This document shows positions 32,868-41,550 of a stretch of 64,000 nucleotides of DNA, in pieces. Origin of the DNA: Bacteroidales bacterium (GTDB lineage Bacteria > Bacteroidota > Bacteroidia > Bacteroidales > JAAYJT01). Below the pieces are notes generated by a model that searched no databases, had not been told where the DNA came from, and was given only the letters and a program-made list of their open reading frames with translations. Every line of letters starts with the position of its first letter. The first letter of the stretch is position 1. The translations under genes and the position numbers were made by a program. The DNA is taken from positions 1,692 to 65,691 of the forward strand of contig JACZJK010000025.1 in assembly GCA_014860575.1 (NCBI GenBank), given 5' to 3'.

Positions 32868-33938
32868 TCATATAGGAGCGGTGAGCTTCATGGCAATATG
32901 ATCCTTATGAACCCATTGTTCGCTGATGGCAATTTTGACCCAATTGTTTTCAACAGCATAAGTAAAAACCTCTTCGCCCTTTTTAACAGAAGCAACCACC
33001 TGGTAATTAGTTCCCGGGCCGGATCTAACGTTAAGCACATTGGCGTTAATGCTTGCCTGCCCTAACAAAAGACCAAAGCTTTTAGCCACCCATTTGCCCG
33101 CCGGGTCAACTTTTAGCCATGTATCCGAAACTTCATAAACCGGTAGCACCGATCCGTTATGGATCATTCCAACCTGTGTGTGGTTTGTTCCCGGCCCGGT
33201 TCGCATATTCAGGTTGCTGGCAGTTACGTGGTAATAAAACCTGACTGGAATGGCTGGCTTATCAGCTACTGCAGCACCGCCTCTCAATTCAGTTAGCTTA
33301 GAGAGAATCAATGGGATGAAGTATTTCACTGCAGCTTCTTCTTTGTTTCCCCCGAAAAAAGCAGTTCCGGGGCAGGATTTGGTTACACCTGTTCCGCCGG
33401 TGCGTTGGCTGGTGTTCAGGTCAAACCAGTGGTGATAAACAATTGTATCAACTGTGGGATTGAGCCGAAACTTTTGGCAAAGTGCTGCATTGATTAGAAT
33501 AATTGTATTACGATGTGCTTCGGTCATTGTGTCCTGCCCGGCATCGAAGTTGCCCAGATGCTCTATACAAATTCCGCGTGCATTGTGTCCTTTTATGCCT
33601 ACAGGAACGGATTGCAATTGCCTTCCGGTGGCAATGGTTCCGTCAGGGAATGTGGTGAAGTTTTGGGCAATATCACTCCATCCGTTGTGGCCAACATGAT
33701 AATCACGCATGGCTTTCAAACGGTCGAAGTGGTTCTTGCCATTAAAATGACTGTAAGCTGGAATGTAGGTATGATGGTTCTGTATGATATTGATCACACG
33801 GCTCACATCTTGTGTATTGAGCCAATCGGTGAACTCATGAGCTTCCATCAAAGTAAATCCGGATTCTGTTTTCATACTCATTAGGGTTTGGGTAATTGAT
33901 TTTTTAAAAGAATGTTTAAGTATTTTATTTAAAAACAC
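32868..33938 (-). CDS. N-acetylmuramoyl-L-alanine amidase (Amidase_2/PGRP fold) with two C-terminal SH3b-like domains
   Basis: 356 aa. T7-lysozyme-like motifs (IIQNHHTY..., GHNARGICIEHLGNFD, KSCPG), then two repeats of the pattern LNxRxGPGTN..V.......V...........W.KV. No signal peptide. Alternative starts at 33881 and 33875. Confidence 0.8.
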   Translation of the reverse strand: MFLNKILKHSFKKSITQTLMSMKTESGFTLMEAHEFTDWLNTQDVSRVINIIQNHHTYIPAYSHFNGKNHFDRLKAMRDYHVGHNGWSDIAQNFTTFPDGTIATGRQLQSVPVGIKGHNARGICIEHLGNFDAGQDTMTEAHRNTIILINAALCQKFRLNPTVDTIVYHHWFDLNTSQRTGGTGVTKSCPGTAFFGGNKEEAAVKYFIPLILSKLTELRGGAAVADKPAIPVRFYYHVTASNLNMRTGPGTNHTQVGMIHNGSVLPVYEVSDTWLKVDPAGKWVAKSFGLLLGQASINANVLNVRSGPGTNYQVVASVKKGEEVFTYAVENNWVKIAISEQWVHKDHIAMKLTAPI

Positions 33939-34020
33939 TATATAATAACCCCCTTATAGCAGAAAAGTTAATGGAAAGAGTAATTGAATCCGGCACCGCC
34001 CTAAAAAGAGTGGTTTTTGG

Positions 34021-35031
34021 TCAGAAAATTTTTTGAATGAGTTCAACGAGCCTGGCAGCATATCCCATTTCATTATCATACCATGCCACCACTTTCACAA
34101 GCTTGTTTTTATCGCCCAACACAGCGGTAAGGCCTGCATCAAAAACAGCCGAATGAGTATTTCCGATCACATCAACGGATACAATCGGGTCTTCGGTATA
34201 TTGTAGAATATTTGGATAACGGGTTTTAGCCGCCTCTTTAAATGCTGCGTTGATCTCAGCAATGCTGGTTGATTCTTTTACGGTGCATGTAAAATCGGTA
34301 AGAGATCCATCAGGAACCGGAACCCTGATGCCGGCGCCACCCAGGTTATTTTTTAAATGCGGAAATATTTTTGTGGCAGCTTTGGCTGCACCAGTAGTTG
34401 TTGGAATAATTGAATAGGCTGCTGCCCGTCCCCGCCGCCAGTCTTTGTGTGGGGCATCAATCAGGTTCTGATCGCGTGTATAGCTGTGAACTGTGGTAAT
34501 GAAACCCTTTTCAATTTTCCAGTTTTCGTCAATGATCTGGATCAATGGGGCTACACAGTTAGTGGTACAGGATGCATTTGAAATTACCAGGTCGCTCTTA
34601 TCTATGATATGGTCATTGATTCCAAGCACAATGTATTTCACATGTTCTGATTCGTTTTTTGCCGGCGCTGAGATAATTACTTTTTTTGCTCCTGCCTTGA
34701 TGTGCTGCATGGCATCCGGAAGGTTGGTGAAGTTGCCGGTTGATTCGATCACAACATCTACATCGCAACTGTTCCAAGGAATTTTTGCAGGATCAGGTTC
34801 ACTGAATACAATTATCCGGTTCCCATTAATAATAAGGTAGTCATCTTCGGCAGAAACGCTTTGAGGAAACAATCCATGCACTGAATCATATTTCAGCAAA
34901 TGAGCAAGGTTATCGGCCTGGGTCAGATCGTTCACTGCTACGAGTTCCATTTGATCATTGTTCACCATTGCCCGGCAGGTAATCCGGCCAATTCTGCCAA
35001 AACCATTGATAGCCACACGAATTTTTCTCAT
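34021..35031 (-). CDS. gap: Glyceraldehyde-3-phosphate dehydrogenase
   Basis: Trimmed to the ATG at 35031 (MRKIRVAINGFGRIGR). Active site SNASCTTNC. Confidence 0.95.
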   Translation of the reverse strand: MRKIRVAINGFGRIGRITCRAMVNNDQMELVAVNDLTQADNLAHLLKYDSVHGLFPQSVSAEDDYLIINGNRIIVFSEPDPAKIPWNSCDVDVVIESTGNFTNLPDAMQHIKAGAKKVIISAPAKNESEHVKYIVLGINDHIIDKSDLVISNASCTTNCVAPLIQIIDENWKIEKGFITTVHSYTRDQNLIDAPHKDWRRGRAAAYSIIPTTTGAAKAATKIFPHLKNNLGGAGIRVPVPDGSLTDFTCTVKESTSIAEINAAFKEAAKTRYPNILQYTEDPIVSVDVIGNTHSAVFDAGLTAVLGDKNKLVKVVAWYDNEMGYAARLVELIQKIF

Positions 35032-35116
35032 AAGACAGCATGTTAAATTTTCATAAAACAGAATCCTTGACAAAAGTAGTGATTTGATTTTGGGGAAAGG
35101 TTTAACAAAGAATTCT

Positions 35117-35124
35117 TAATTTTG
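35117..35124 (+). promoter_or_regulatory. Candidate -7 promoter box TAATTTTG
   Basis: TAnnTTTG match 42 nt upstream of the ATG at 35166. Confidence 0.4.
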
Positions 35125-35165
35125 CCTTTTTACAATCATTCACTATTAATTAATTGATTTTTAAG

Positions 35166-36539
35166 ATGGAAAAAGTTCAAAGTTACATTCAAAGCAACAA
35201 GGAGAGGTTTTTAGAAGAGTTGTTTGCCCTGATCAGAATACCCTCTGTCAGTTCAATCGCCGACCATAAACCCGACATGCACAAAGCAGCCGAATATTGG
35301 AAACAAACTATCCTGAAGGCCGGAGCCGACAAAGCGGAAATTTTTCAAACACCCGGCAATCCAGTCGTTTACGGCGAGAAAATAATTGACCCTAAACTTC
35401 CAACCGTGCTGGTGTATGCTCATTATGATGTAATGCCTGTTGACCCGATCGAAAAATGGATTACACCACCGTTTGAACCTCAGGTACGTGATGGAAAAAT
35501 ATACGCCCGTGGTGCTGACGATGATAAAGGACAAGGCTTCATCCATGCAAAGGCATTTGAAGCAATGGTTAAAACCGATTCACTGCCTTGCAATGTAAAA
35601 TTTATGATAGAAGGTGAAGAGGAAATTGGTTCGCCCAATCTTGGAAAATTTTGCGAAGAACATAAAGAGATGCTCGCTTCTGACATTATATTGGTTTCTG
35701 ACACCAGTATGATAGCAAAAGACATCCCATCAATTACAAGCGGGTTGCGTGGGTTGAGTTATGTTGAAGTAGAAGTTACTGGCCCAGGTCATGATTTGCA
35801 TTCGGGTTTGTTTGGTGGCGCAGTTGCGAACCCAGCCAATATCCTGGCTAAAATGATTGCCTCGCTTCATGATGAAAATAACCATATTACCATTCCTGGA
35901 TTTTACGACGATGTAGAAGATGTCAGTCTGGAAGAAAGGGCGGAAATGGGCAAAGCGCCTTTCAACCTCGAAAATTATAAACAAGCTCTCAAACTTAAGG
36001 AAATCTGGGGTGAAGATGGCTACACCAGCAATGAACGCACTGGCATCCGCCCTACTCTTGATGTGAATGGTATATGGAGTGGTTACACCGGTGAAGGAGC
36101 AAAAACAGTTTTGCCTTCCAAAGCCTACGCAAAAATCTCAATGCGTTTGGTTCCTCATCAAAATCACCTAAAAATTACCGAACTTTTTTCCAAACATTTC
36201 AAAGCGATTGCACCTCCTTATGTAACTGTTGAAGTAAAAGCGCTTCACGGTGGACAAGGTTATGTTTCACCTACCAATACCCCGGCCTATAAAGCAGCCA
36301 GCAAAGCGTATGAAACCACTTTTGGCAAGAAGCCAGTACCGGTACGAAGTGGTGGAAGCATTCCTATTATTTCAACCTTTGAACAAGTATTAGGCAAGAA
36401 ATCCATATTGATGGGATTTGGACTTGAGTCTGATGCCATTCACTCGCCCAATGAAAACTATCCGGTAGAGATGTTCTATAAAGGAATTGAAACCATTCCT
36501 TATTTTTACAAGTATTACACTGAAATGCTTAAACAATAA
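35166..36539 (+). CDS. M20 family dipeptidase (ArgE/DapE/ACY1/CPG2 superfamily)
   Basis: ATG at 35166. Motifs HYDVMPVD, GADDDKGQ and MIEGEEEIGS are typical of M20 metallopeptidases. Confidence 0.9.
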   Translation: MEKVQSYIQSNKERFLEELFALIRIPSVSSIADHKPDMHKAAEYWKQTILKAGADKAEIFQTPGNPVVYGEKIIDPKLPTVLVYAHYDVMPVDPIEKWITPPFEPQVRDGKIYARGADDDKGQGFIHAKAFEAMVKTDSLPCNVKFMIEGEEEIGSPNLGKFCEEHKEMLASDIILVSDTSMIAKDIPSITSGLRGLSYVEVEVTGPGHDLHSGLFGGAVANPANILAKMIASLHDENNHITIPGFYDDVEDVSLEERAEMGKAPFNLENYKQALKLKEIWGEDGYTSNERTGIRPTLDVNGIWSGYTGEGAKTVLPSKAYAKISMRLVPHQNHLKITELFSKHFKAIAPPYVTVEVKALHGGQGYVSPTNTPAYKAASKAYETTFGKKPVPVRSGGSIPIISTFEQVLGKKSILMGFGLESDAIHSPNENYPVEMFYKGIETIPYFYKYYTEMLKQ

Positions 36540-36557
36540 AACCTTTAGATACCATTG

Positions 36558-36590
36558 AAAAAAGGCTGGCCGCAATGGCCAGCCTTTTTT
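36558..36590. terminator. Bidirectional intrinsic terminator between convergent genes
   Basis: An A6 run, then the GGCTGGCC / GGCCAGCC stem with a 5-nt loop, then a T6 run. It is symmetric, so it can serve both strands. Confidence 0.85.
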
Positions 36591-36611
36591 ATTTCAAAAC
36601 GCTATCGGCAT

Positions 36612-39074
36612 TTATTGTACCAATGCTTTAAATTCAGGGTTCTCAAAGAACTTGAGGAATTCGCGATCATTCCTGGCAACAGTCTTCAATGCCGGATCAA
36701 GTGATATGGCCTTGCTGAGATTGCTGATCATTGCCTGTGCATCGTTGGTGCGGGCAGCAATAACTGCAAGCAGGTATGATGTTTCGGCTTTTTCGGGAGC
36801 GCATTTTGCATTCTGGTTCGCACCTGCAATATTGCCCGACAATAACTGAGCGAGGGCTACATTATGGTTACAGGTTTTGTCGCCAAAATAGGTGAGTGCA
36901 CGGCTGTAATCGCCTTTATTGATCATGACAATGCCGAGATTATGGTCAACATTTGCACCTAAACGGCGTGCATCAGCATAATGGGCTTCAGCTTTCTTGA
37001 AGTCTTTCTTTTTCGACTCAAGAGCACCCATGTTGTTTAATACTTCTGCTTTGCCTGAACCTAATTCATTAGCCTTCTGCAGATATTCGGCAGCCTTGGC
37101 ATCGTTTCCGCGTTCAAGTTCAATTGCTGCAGCATTATTATAACCCTTATAGCTGTCAGGGAACTGGTTAATTGTTGATCTAAAGATATTAAGTTGAACG
37201 TCCTTATCATCAGTAAGCGTAGCAGCAAAGAGCAATTCTTTCTCATCAAGCTGGCCAGGATCAGTTGTTGCAAGTTCGGCAATTTGCTCATCGGTTTTCT
37301 TAGGCTCGTAAGCATTAACGCTAATTGAAACACGGCGCAGCGGAGGAAGGATGTTTTCTTCAATTTCCTTGTAAACAATGGTCATGTTGCGAATTTCCTG
37401 TTCGCGTTTTTTAACATCAGCTTGTGAATTAACCACATTGATAATTACATTTTTATCTGGAATATTTGAAGCCTGAACAGCTTTCATGAAACCATCCCAA
37501 TCTTCGCCACGGGCTTGAACGTTATATTTAATATCGTTCTCCACACTTGCAATGGTTAGGATGCTGTTTTTTTCGCGAACCAATTTGCGAAGCATATCCT
37601 GGGTATATTTCAAACCGGTTTGTGAGCGCCGCTCTGACAAACCCTGGTTGAATCTTTCCTCACCTTCGGGTGATGCCCATGCATTAACATCAATGTCGCG
37701 GATTTTCCAACCCTGGCGCAGGAAATCTTCCAGTTCTTTCAATCCTTTCTTTGCATCATCATTTTTATTAAGAGCAAGGTTCCAATTAAGGTTATGCATA
37801 TTCACCTGGAAAAATATTTTAGCTTCCTTGCTGATGATAACTTCTTTTTCGTAACCATGATCAGCTATTAAGGCGATTTCATCATGCATAATCCTGGTTG
37901 AGGTTACAATAACACCATCAACAAGCTTAACCTGTGGAGCTTCAACATTGCGGTACATTGCTTTGATTTCTTCTTCAGTAATTCCAGCAGGAACGGGGGC
38001 TTTGGGTTCGTAAATAAGTGGTGTGACCACTAATTCTGAAACTGCCATTTCGGGTTTATAGGCGAATACCTCGGTGTAGGTAAATGTTCCACCTTCTTTC
38101 ATTTTAATGGTAATTCCATCACCAACTACATCTTCGCCGAGCAGATTTATGGATTTCAGTGGTGTTTCGCCGCCTTCGTAAGTAAGCACAGGGGTGAAAA
38201 GAATGGCTGCTTTGCTGTGGAAATAATTTTCGGGAACCTTGCCGGTGATGGTTACTCGGACCGAATCGCCATGCATCTCTAGAACTTCTGGTGTAGCTGT
38301 GAAAAGTATGGTGTTAAAGTCACGGGCCATTTTATTCAGGTCAACTCCGGCATACATCTTATATGTTACGCCAAAAGTGGTTGGACCATATTGATCATAC
38401 TTGTTGGCAACGTATGAATCCAATTCATCAGCACCGGTATAACGCAGCGATGATTCAAAAGTGAGGTCCCATTTTTCTGCAATTGAATAGCTTATACCCA
38501 ATCCATAAGGGATGGCCAAGAACAAACCACGATTGTCAATTCCTTTGCCAAAGTAACCAACCCTGCCGTAGTAGCCTACGCCAAGGCGCTGGTCAGTGGA
38601 GATATCGCGGGTGTTTGTTCTTGCATGGAATTGTCCGATGCCGGCAAAGCCGTAAAGGTCAAACTTGCGTTCAGGGTTGTAGCTAGAAAAAAGGTTGATG
38701 AAACTTAATGTGGCATTAATATTATATTCGTAAAGATCGCCAACCATATACATGTTTTCAACATCGCTTTCAGCGCTGAGACCTGCATAAAGTAACTCGC
38801 CGCGTAAACCAAGCAAAGGAGAAAACTGGCGACCAAGATAAATACCACCGGCAAATTTCCATTGAACAGGATTCTGGAAAAAATAATCTTCGTTTAGGTC
38901 GCCATAAAACTGGTTAAATCCCAAATGTCCGTTTATAAACCAGTAAGGGCTGAAAGATGAAGTTGCCTTAGGTGTTGTGGTCTCTCCGCTGTCCTGTGAA
39001 AAAGTCAACATCGGTGAAAAAGCGATAAAAAAGGCAATTGCCACCACTTTTAAAAATTCATAACTGTTTCTCAT
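36612..39074 (-). CDS. Outer-membrane multidomain protein: N-terminal beta-barrel, central OmpA_C-like peptidoglycan-binding region, C-terminal TPR repeats
   Basis: 820 aa with a signal peptide ending TFS/Q. Aromatic-rich alternating beta-strand N-terminus, OmpA-like motif AWASPEGEERFNQGLSERRSQ, and TPR-like repeats in the last ~220 aa. Confidence 0.75.
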   Translation of the reverse strand: MRNSYEFLKVVAIAFFIAFSPMLTFSQDSGETTTPKATSSFSPYWFINGHLGFNQFYGDLNEDYFFQNPVQWKFAGGIYLGRQFSPLLGLRGELLYAGLSAESDVENMYMVGDLYEYNINATLSFINLFSSYNPERKFDLYGFAGIGQFHARTNTRDISTDQRLGVGYYGRVGYFGKGIDNRGLFLAIPYGLGISYSIAEKWDLTFESSLRYTGADELDSYVANKYDQYGPTTFGVTYKMYAGVDLNKMARDFNTILFTATPEVLEMHGDSVRVTITGKVPENYFHSKAAILFTPVLTYEGGETPLKSINLLGEDVVGDGITIKMKEGGTFTYTEVFAYKPEMAVSELVVTPLIYEPKAPVPAGITEEEIKAMYRNVEAPQVKLVDGVIVTSTRIMHDEIALIADHGYEKEVIISKEAKIFFQVNMHNLNWNLALNKNDDAKKGLKELEDFLRQGWKIRDIDVNAWASPEGEERFNQGLSERRSQTGLKYTQDMLRKLVREKNSILTIASVENDIKYNVQARGEDWDGFMKAVQASNIPDKNVIINVVNSQADVKKREQEIRNMTIVYKEIEENILPPLRRVSISVNAYEPKKTDEQIAELATTDPGQLDEKELLFAATLTDDKDVQLNIFRSTINQFPDSYKGYNNAAAIELERGNDAKAAEYLQKANELGSGKAEVLNNMGALESKKKDFKKAEAHYADARRLGANVDHNLGIVMINKGDYSRALTYFGDKTCNHNVALAQLLSGNIAGANQNAKCAPEKAETSYLLAVIAARTNDAQAMISNLSKAISLDPALKTVARNDREFLKFFENPEFKALVQ

Positions 39075-39292
39075 ATTCTAAAGATTTTGGTTGATTTGAT
39101 TAATTCTTAATGCTTTCTCATGCAAATATAGGGAGAAAATCCTCTGATCAAAAAAATAACTGCTAAAACTCATAAATGTTTATTGATACCATGTGATCTT
39201 AATTAAACATTATTTGGTTGATTTACTGCAATTTTTATTTAAACATTACCCCTTTCTTATTAGTTTGTTCGTATTTATATGATGTGATAATT

Positions 39293-39300
39293 TAATTTTG
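39293..39300 (+). promoter_or_regulatory. Candidate -7 promoter box TAATTTTG
   Basis: TAnnTTTG match 41 nt upstream of the ATG at 39341, in an AT-rich divergent intergenic region. Confidence 0.4.
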
Positions 39301-39340
39301 CAAAATTAAAAAAAAGCCATTCATATTAATCAATACAGTA

Positions 39341-40144
39341 ATGGGTCTTCAAAACCAAACAAAGCAATTTTCTGACAAACAAATAGGCAAATACCCTTAC
39401 TCTATCAAGAAATTTATTTTGAGCCATCAAACCCTGCTCATATATTTGGTTGTCGTTTTCAATATTCCAGGTCTTCCGGGGAAGATGGTCAATGCACAAG
39501 TGTTTAAACCACAATGGTCCGCTGGAATCCATAGCGGCCTGCTGGTTTTTTATGGGGATATCAAAACCAATGAATTTGCCCCGGCCATCAAAGGATTTAA
39601 CGAACTGCGAGCCGGCTTTGGCCTGCAAACAACTTACTCCCTCAATCCTATGTTAAGCATTCGTGGTTCGTTAACAAATGGGAAACTTGCTGGTGCAAAG
39701 CCATCAACTGATGAATATTTTATTGCCAACATCCTGGATTATTCAGTGCAAGCCCTGATAAACCTGAATGGCCTGTTCTTTTATGATTACGATTATACAC
39801 CTCTTGATGTTTACGCAATCATAGGTTATGGTTTTGTTGATTTCAGAACCATCAAACGAAAATTATCTGATGATAGTTTTGTAAGGGCTTTCGGATATAA
39901 TCCTGATGGATCAAAATCTACAGTAATAACAAGGGAAATGTCAATACCTGTGGGCGTTATCGTTCATTCAAATCTTGAACAAATCCTGAACTCCAATAAT
40001 TACTTTCTGTCTCAAACAGATATAACGCTTGAATTCGTTCTCCACAATGTGAACACCAACAAACTGGATGCAGATCTAACCCTAAGGGAAGTAAGGGATA
40101 AGTATAGTTACTTCGCTTTCGGGCTGATCTATTATCTTAACTAA
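39341..40144 (+). CDS. Hypothetical outer-membrane beta-barrel-like protein
   Basis: 267 aa with a hydrophobic N-terminus ending VNA/Q, alternating aromatic/Gly-rich strands and a C-terminal aromatic end (FGLIYYLN). Confidence 0.5.
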   Translation: MGLQNQTKQFSDKQIGKYPYSIKKFILSHQTLLIYLVVVFNIPGLPGKMVNAQVFKPQWSAGIHSGLLVFYGDIKTNEFAPAIKGFNELRAGFGLQTTYSLNPMLSIRGSLTNGKLAGAKPSTDEYFIANILDYSVQALINLNGLFFYDYDYTPLDVYAIIGYGFVDFRTIKRKLSDDSFVRAFGYNPDGSKSTVITREMSIPVGVIVHSNLEQILNSNNYFLSQTDITLEFVLHNVNTNKLDADLTLREVRDKYSYFAFGLIYYLN

Positions 40145-40688
40145 TAATTCCCGGGTGCCTTGCAATAAACTGATTGACAATTTCCCAACTGATTATACCA
40201 GCGCTAACCGCCACATTCAGAGAATGTTTGGTTCCATATTGTGGTATTTCAACACAAAAATCAGATGCATCAACAATTGACTGGTCAACACCGGTAACTT
40301 CATTGCCAAAAACAACTGCCAACCCATTTGCTGCAGGTATTTCAAACCCACTTAATGGAGTACTGCCTTCGGTTTGCTCGACTGAACAAATTTTGTAGCC
40401 TTTAGCTTTTAATTCTTCAATCGCATAAAGGGTAGTTTCAAAATATTTCCAGGCTACTGATTCTGTGGCTCCCAGGGCGGTTTTATTCATTTCGCGTTGT
40501 GGCGGCGTGGCGCTGATTCCGCATAGGTATATTGCCTCGAACCTAAAGGCATCGGCGGTTCTGAAGATGGATCCAATATTATGCTGACTGCGAAGATTAT
40601 CGAGCACCACAATTACAGGTAATTTCTGTGCCTTTCTGTGCTCTTCGTTATTCATTCTGCCCAGTTCAGCAAGGCTAAGTTTTCTCAT
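40137..40688 (-). CDS. TrmH/SpoU family RNA 2'-O-methyltransferase
   Basis: 183 aa with SpoU motifs NIGSIFRTADAF, VVFGNEVTGV and IPQYGTKHSLNVAVSAGI. Confidence 0.85.
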   Translation of the reverse strand: MRKLSLAELGRMNNEEHRKAQKLPVIVVLDNLRSQHNIGSIFRTADAFRFEAIYLCGISATPPQREMNKTALGATESVAWKYFETTLYAIEELKAKGYKICSVEQTEGSTPLSGFEIPAANGLAVVFGNEVTGVDQSIVDASDFCVEIPQYGTKHSLNVAVSAGIISWEIVNQFIARHPGIIS

Positions 40689-40730
40689 ACAGTTATCAGA
40701 TTGTGCCCGAAAAAGGCAAACATAGAGATT

Positions 40731-41441
40731 TTATCGCTTAAGCAGATCAATGTATTTCCTCTTAATAGCTTTAATCTCGTTTAGCGCGAAATTCTCGCGG
40801 TAAATCCTTATCATATCTTTAACATCTCCATTATGGTAAATGAATGCAATTGCCCCGTCGAAATAAAAATAGATCGGATCGTATTTAACTTGTTCGGTCA
40901 GGCTTTTGAACCTTTCCCAATCAATTTGTTCCGGAACAAGAAAATACGCATGGTGCTGCTGTGCTTTGTCTATAAAGATATCTTCTTCAATAGGTTCGAG
41001 AAAAAAGAACTTTCTTAACTTGATCATAGCCATAACATTATTGGCCTTTCGGAATTTATTGCTGAATGTAATCCCTTCATCGAGATACAGGCTCTGCAAG
41101 GTGCTAATGTGGTTATAATACTCAAGATTTCGAATACGGATAACCTGGCTGGTTACCCCAAATAAAGTAATGTTGCCGGTAACCATATCATACGGTTGCC
41201 TGAATTTCTTACGAATGTTTTGGGTAGCCCGTGAAATGGTTTCAAGTGAGAAGTATCCGTTTAGAGGGAAATACAGATACTGAGGCTTTTGTGCCTTGGG
41301 TTCATGGTTATAATATCCAAAAAAAGGCGAAACCGATTCAAGCACGCAGGTATTTGCTTGCAAAGTTTCATCACTCAGGCAAGTAAGCGGTTCTTCTTTT
41401 ATCAGGCCTCCAAACCGCTCAATAACAGTATTTGATTTCAT
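40731..41441 (-). CDS. Hypothetical protein, no recognisable domain
   Basis: 236-aa ORF with normal composition and no signal peptide or TM helix. Co-oriented and closely spaced with the flanking genes. Confidence 0.5.
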   Translation of the reverse strand: MKSNTVIERFGGLIKEEPLTCLSDETLQANTCVLESVSPFFGYYNHEPKAQKPQYLYFPLNGYFSLETISRATQNIRKKFRQPYDMVTGNITLFGVTSQVIRIRNLEYYNHISTLQSLYLDEGITFSNKFRKANNVMAMIKLRKFFFLEPIEEDIFIDKAQQHHAYFLVPEQIDWERFKSLTEQVKYDPIYFYFDGAIAFIYHNGDVKDMIRIYRENFALNEIKAIKRKYIDLLKR

Positions 41442-41550
41442 GGTTCAACATGTTGGTTTGATGCCAAATTTACAACATTTCGAAGCCTGATACAAGCACA
41501 TTATAATTGTGGTTTGAGTCTAATAAAAGATAACACTATTCGCGCTACGA

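Noticed and set aside
32615-34020. A prophage remnant or mobile island around the endolysin-like amidase.
   Set aside because: There is no integrase, transposase, tRNA, direct repeat, holin or structural phage gene on either side. The flanking genes are housekeeping, and I see no obvious compositional break by eye.
39075-39340. The AT-rich 266-nt divergent region as a possible small-RNA gene or mobile-element scar.
   Set aside because: I found no conserved-looking structure, repeats or ORF. A TAnnTTTG box for the downstream gene and general promoter-like AT richness explain it adequately.
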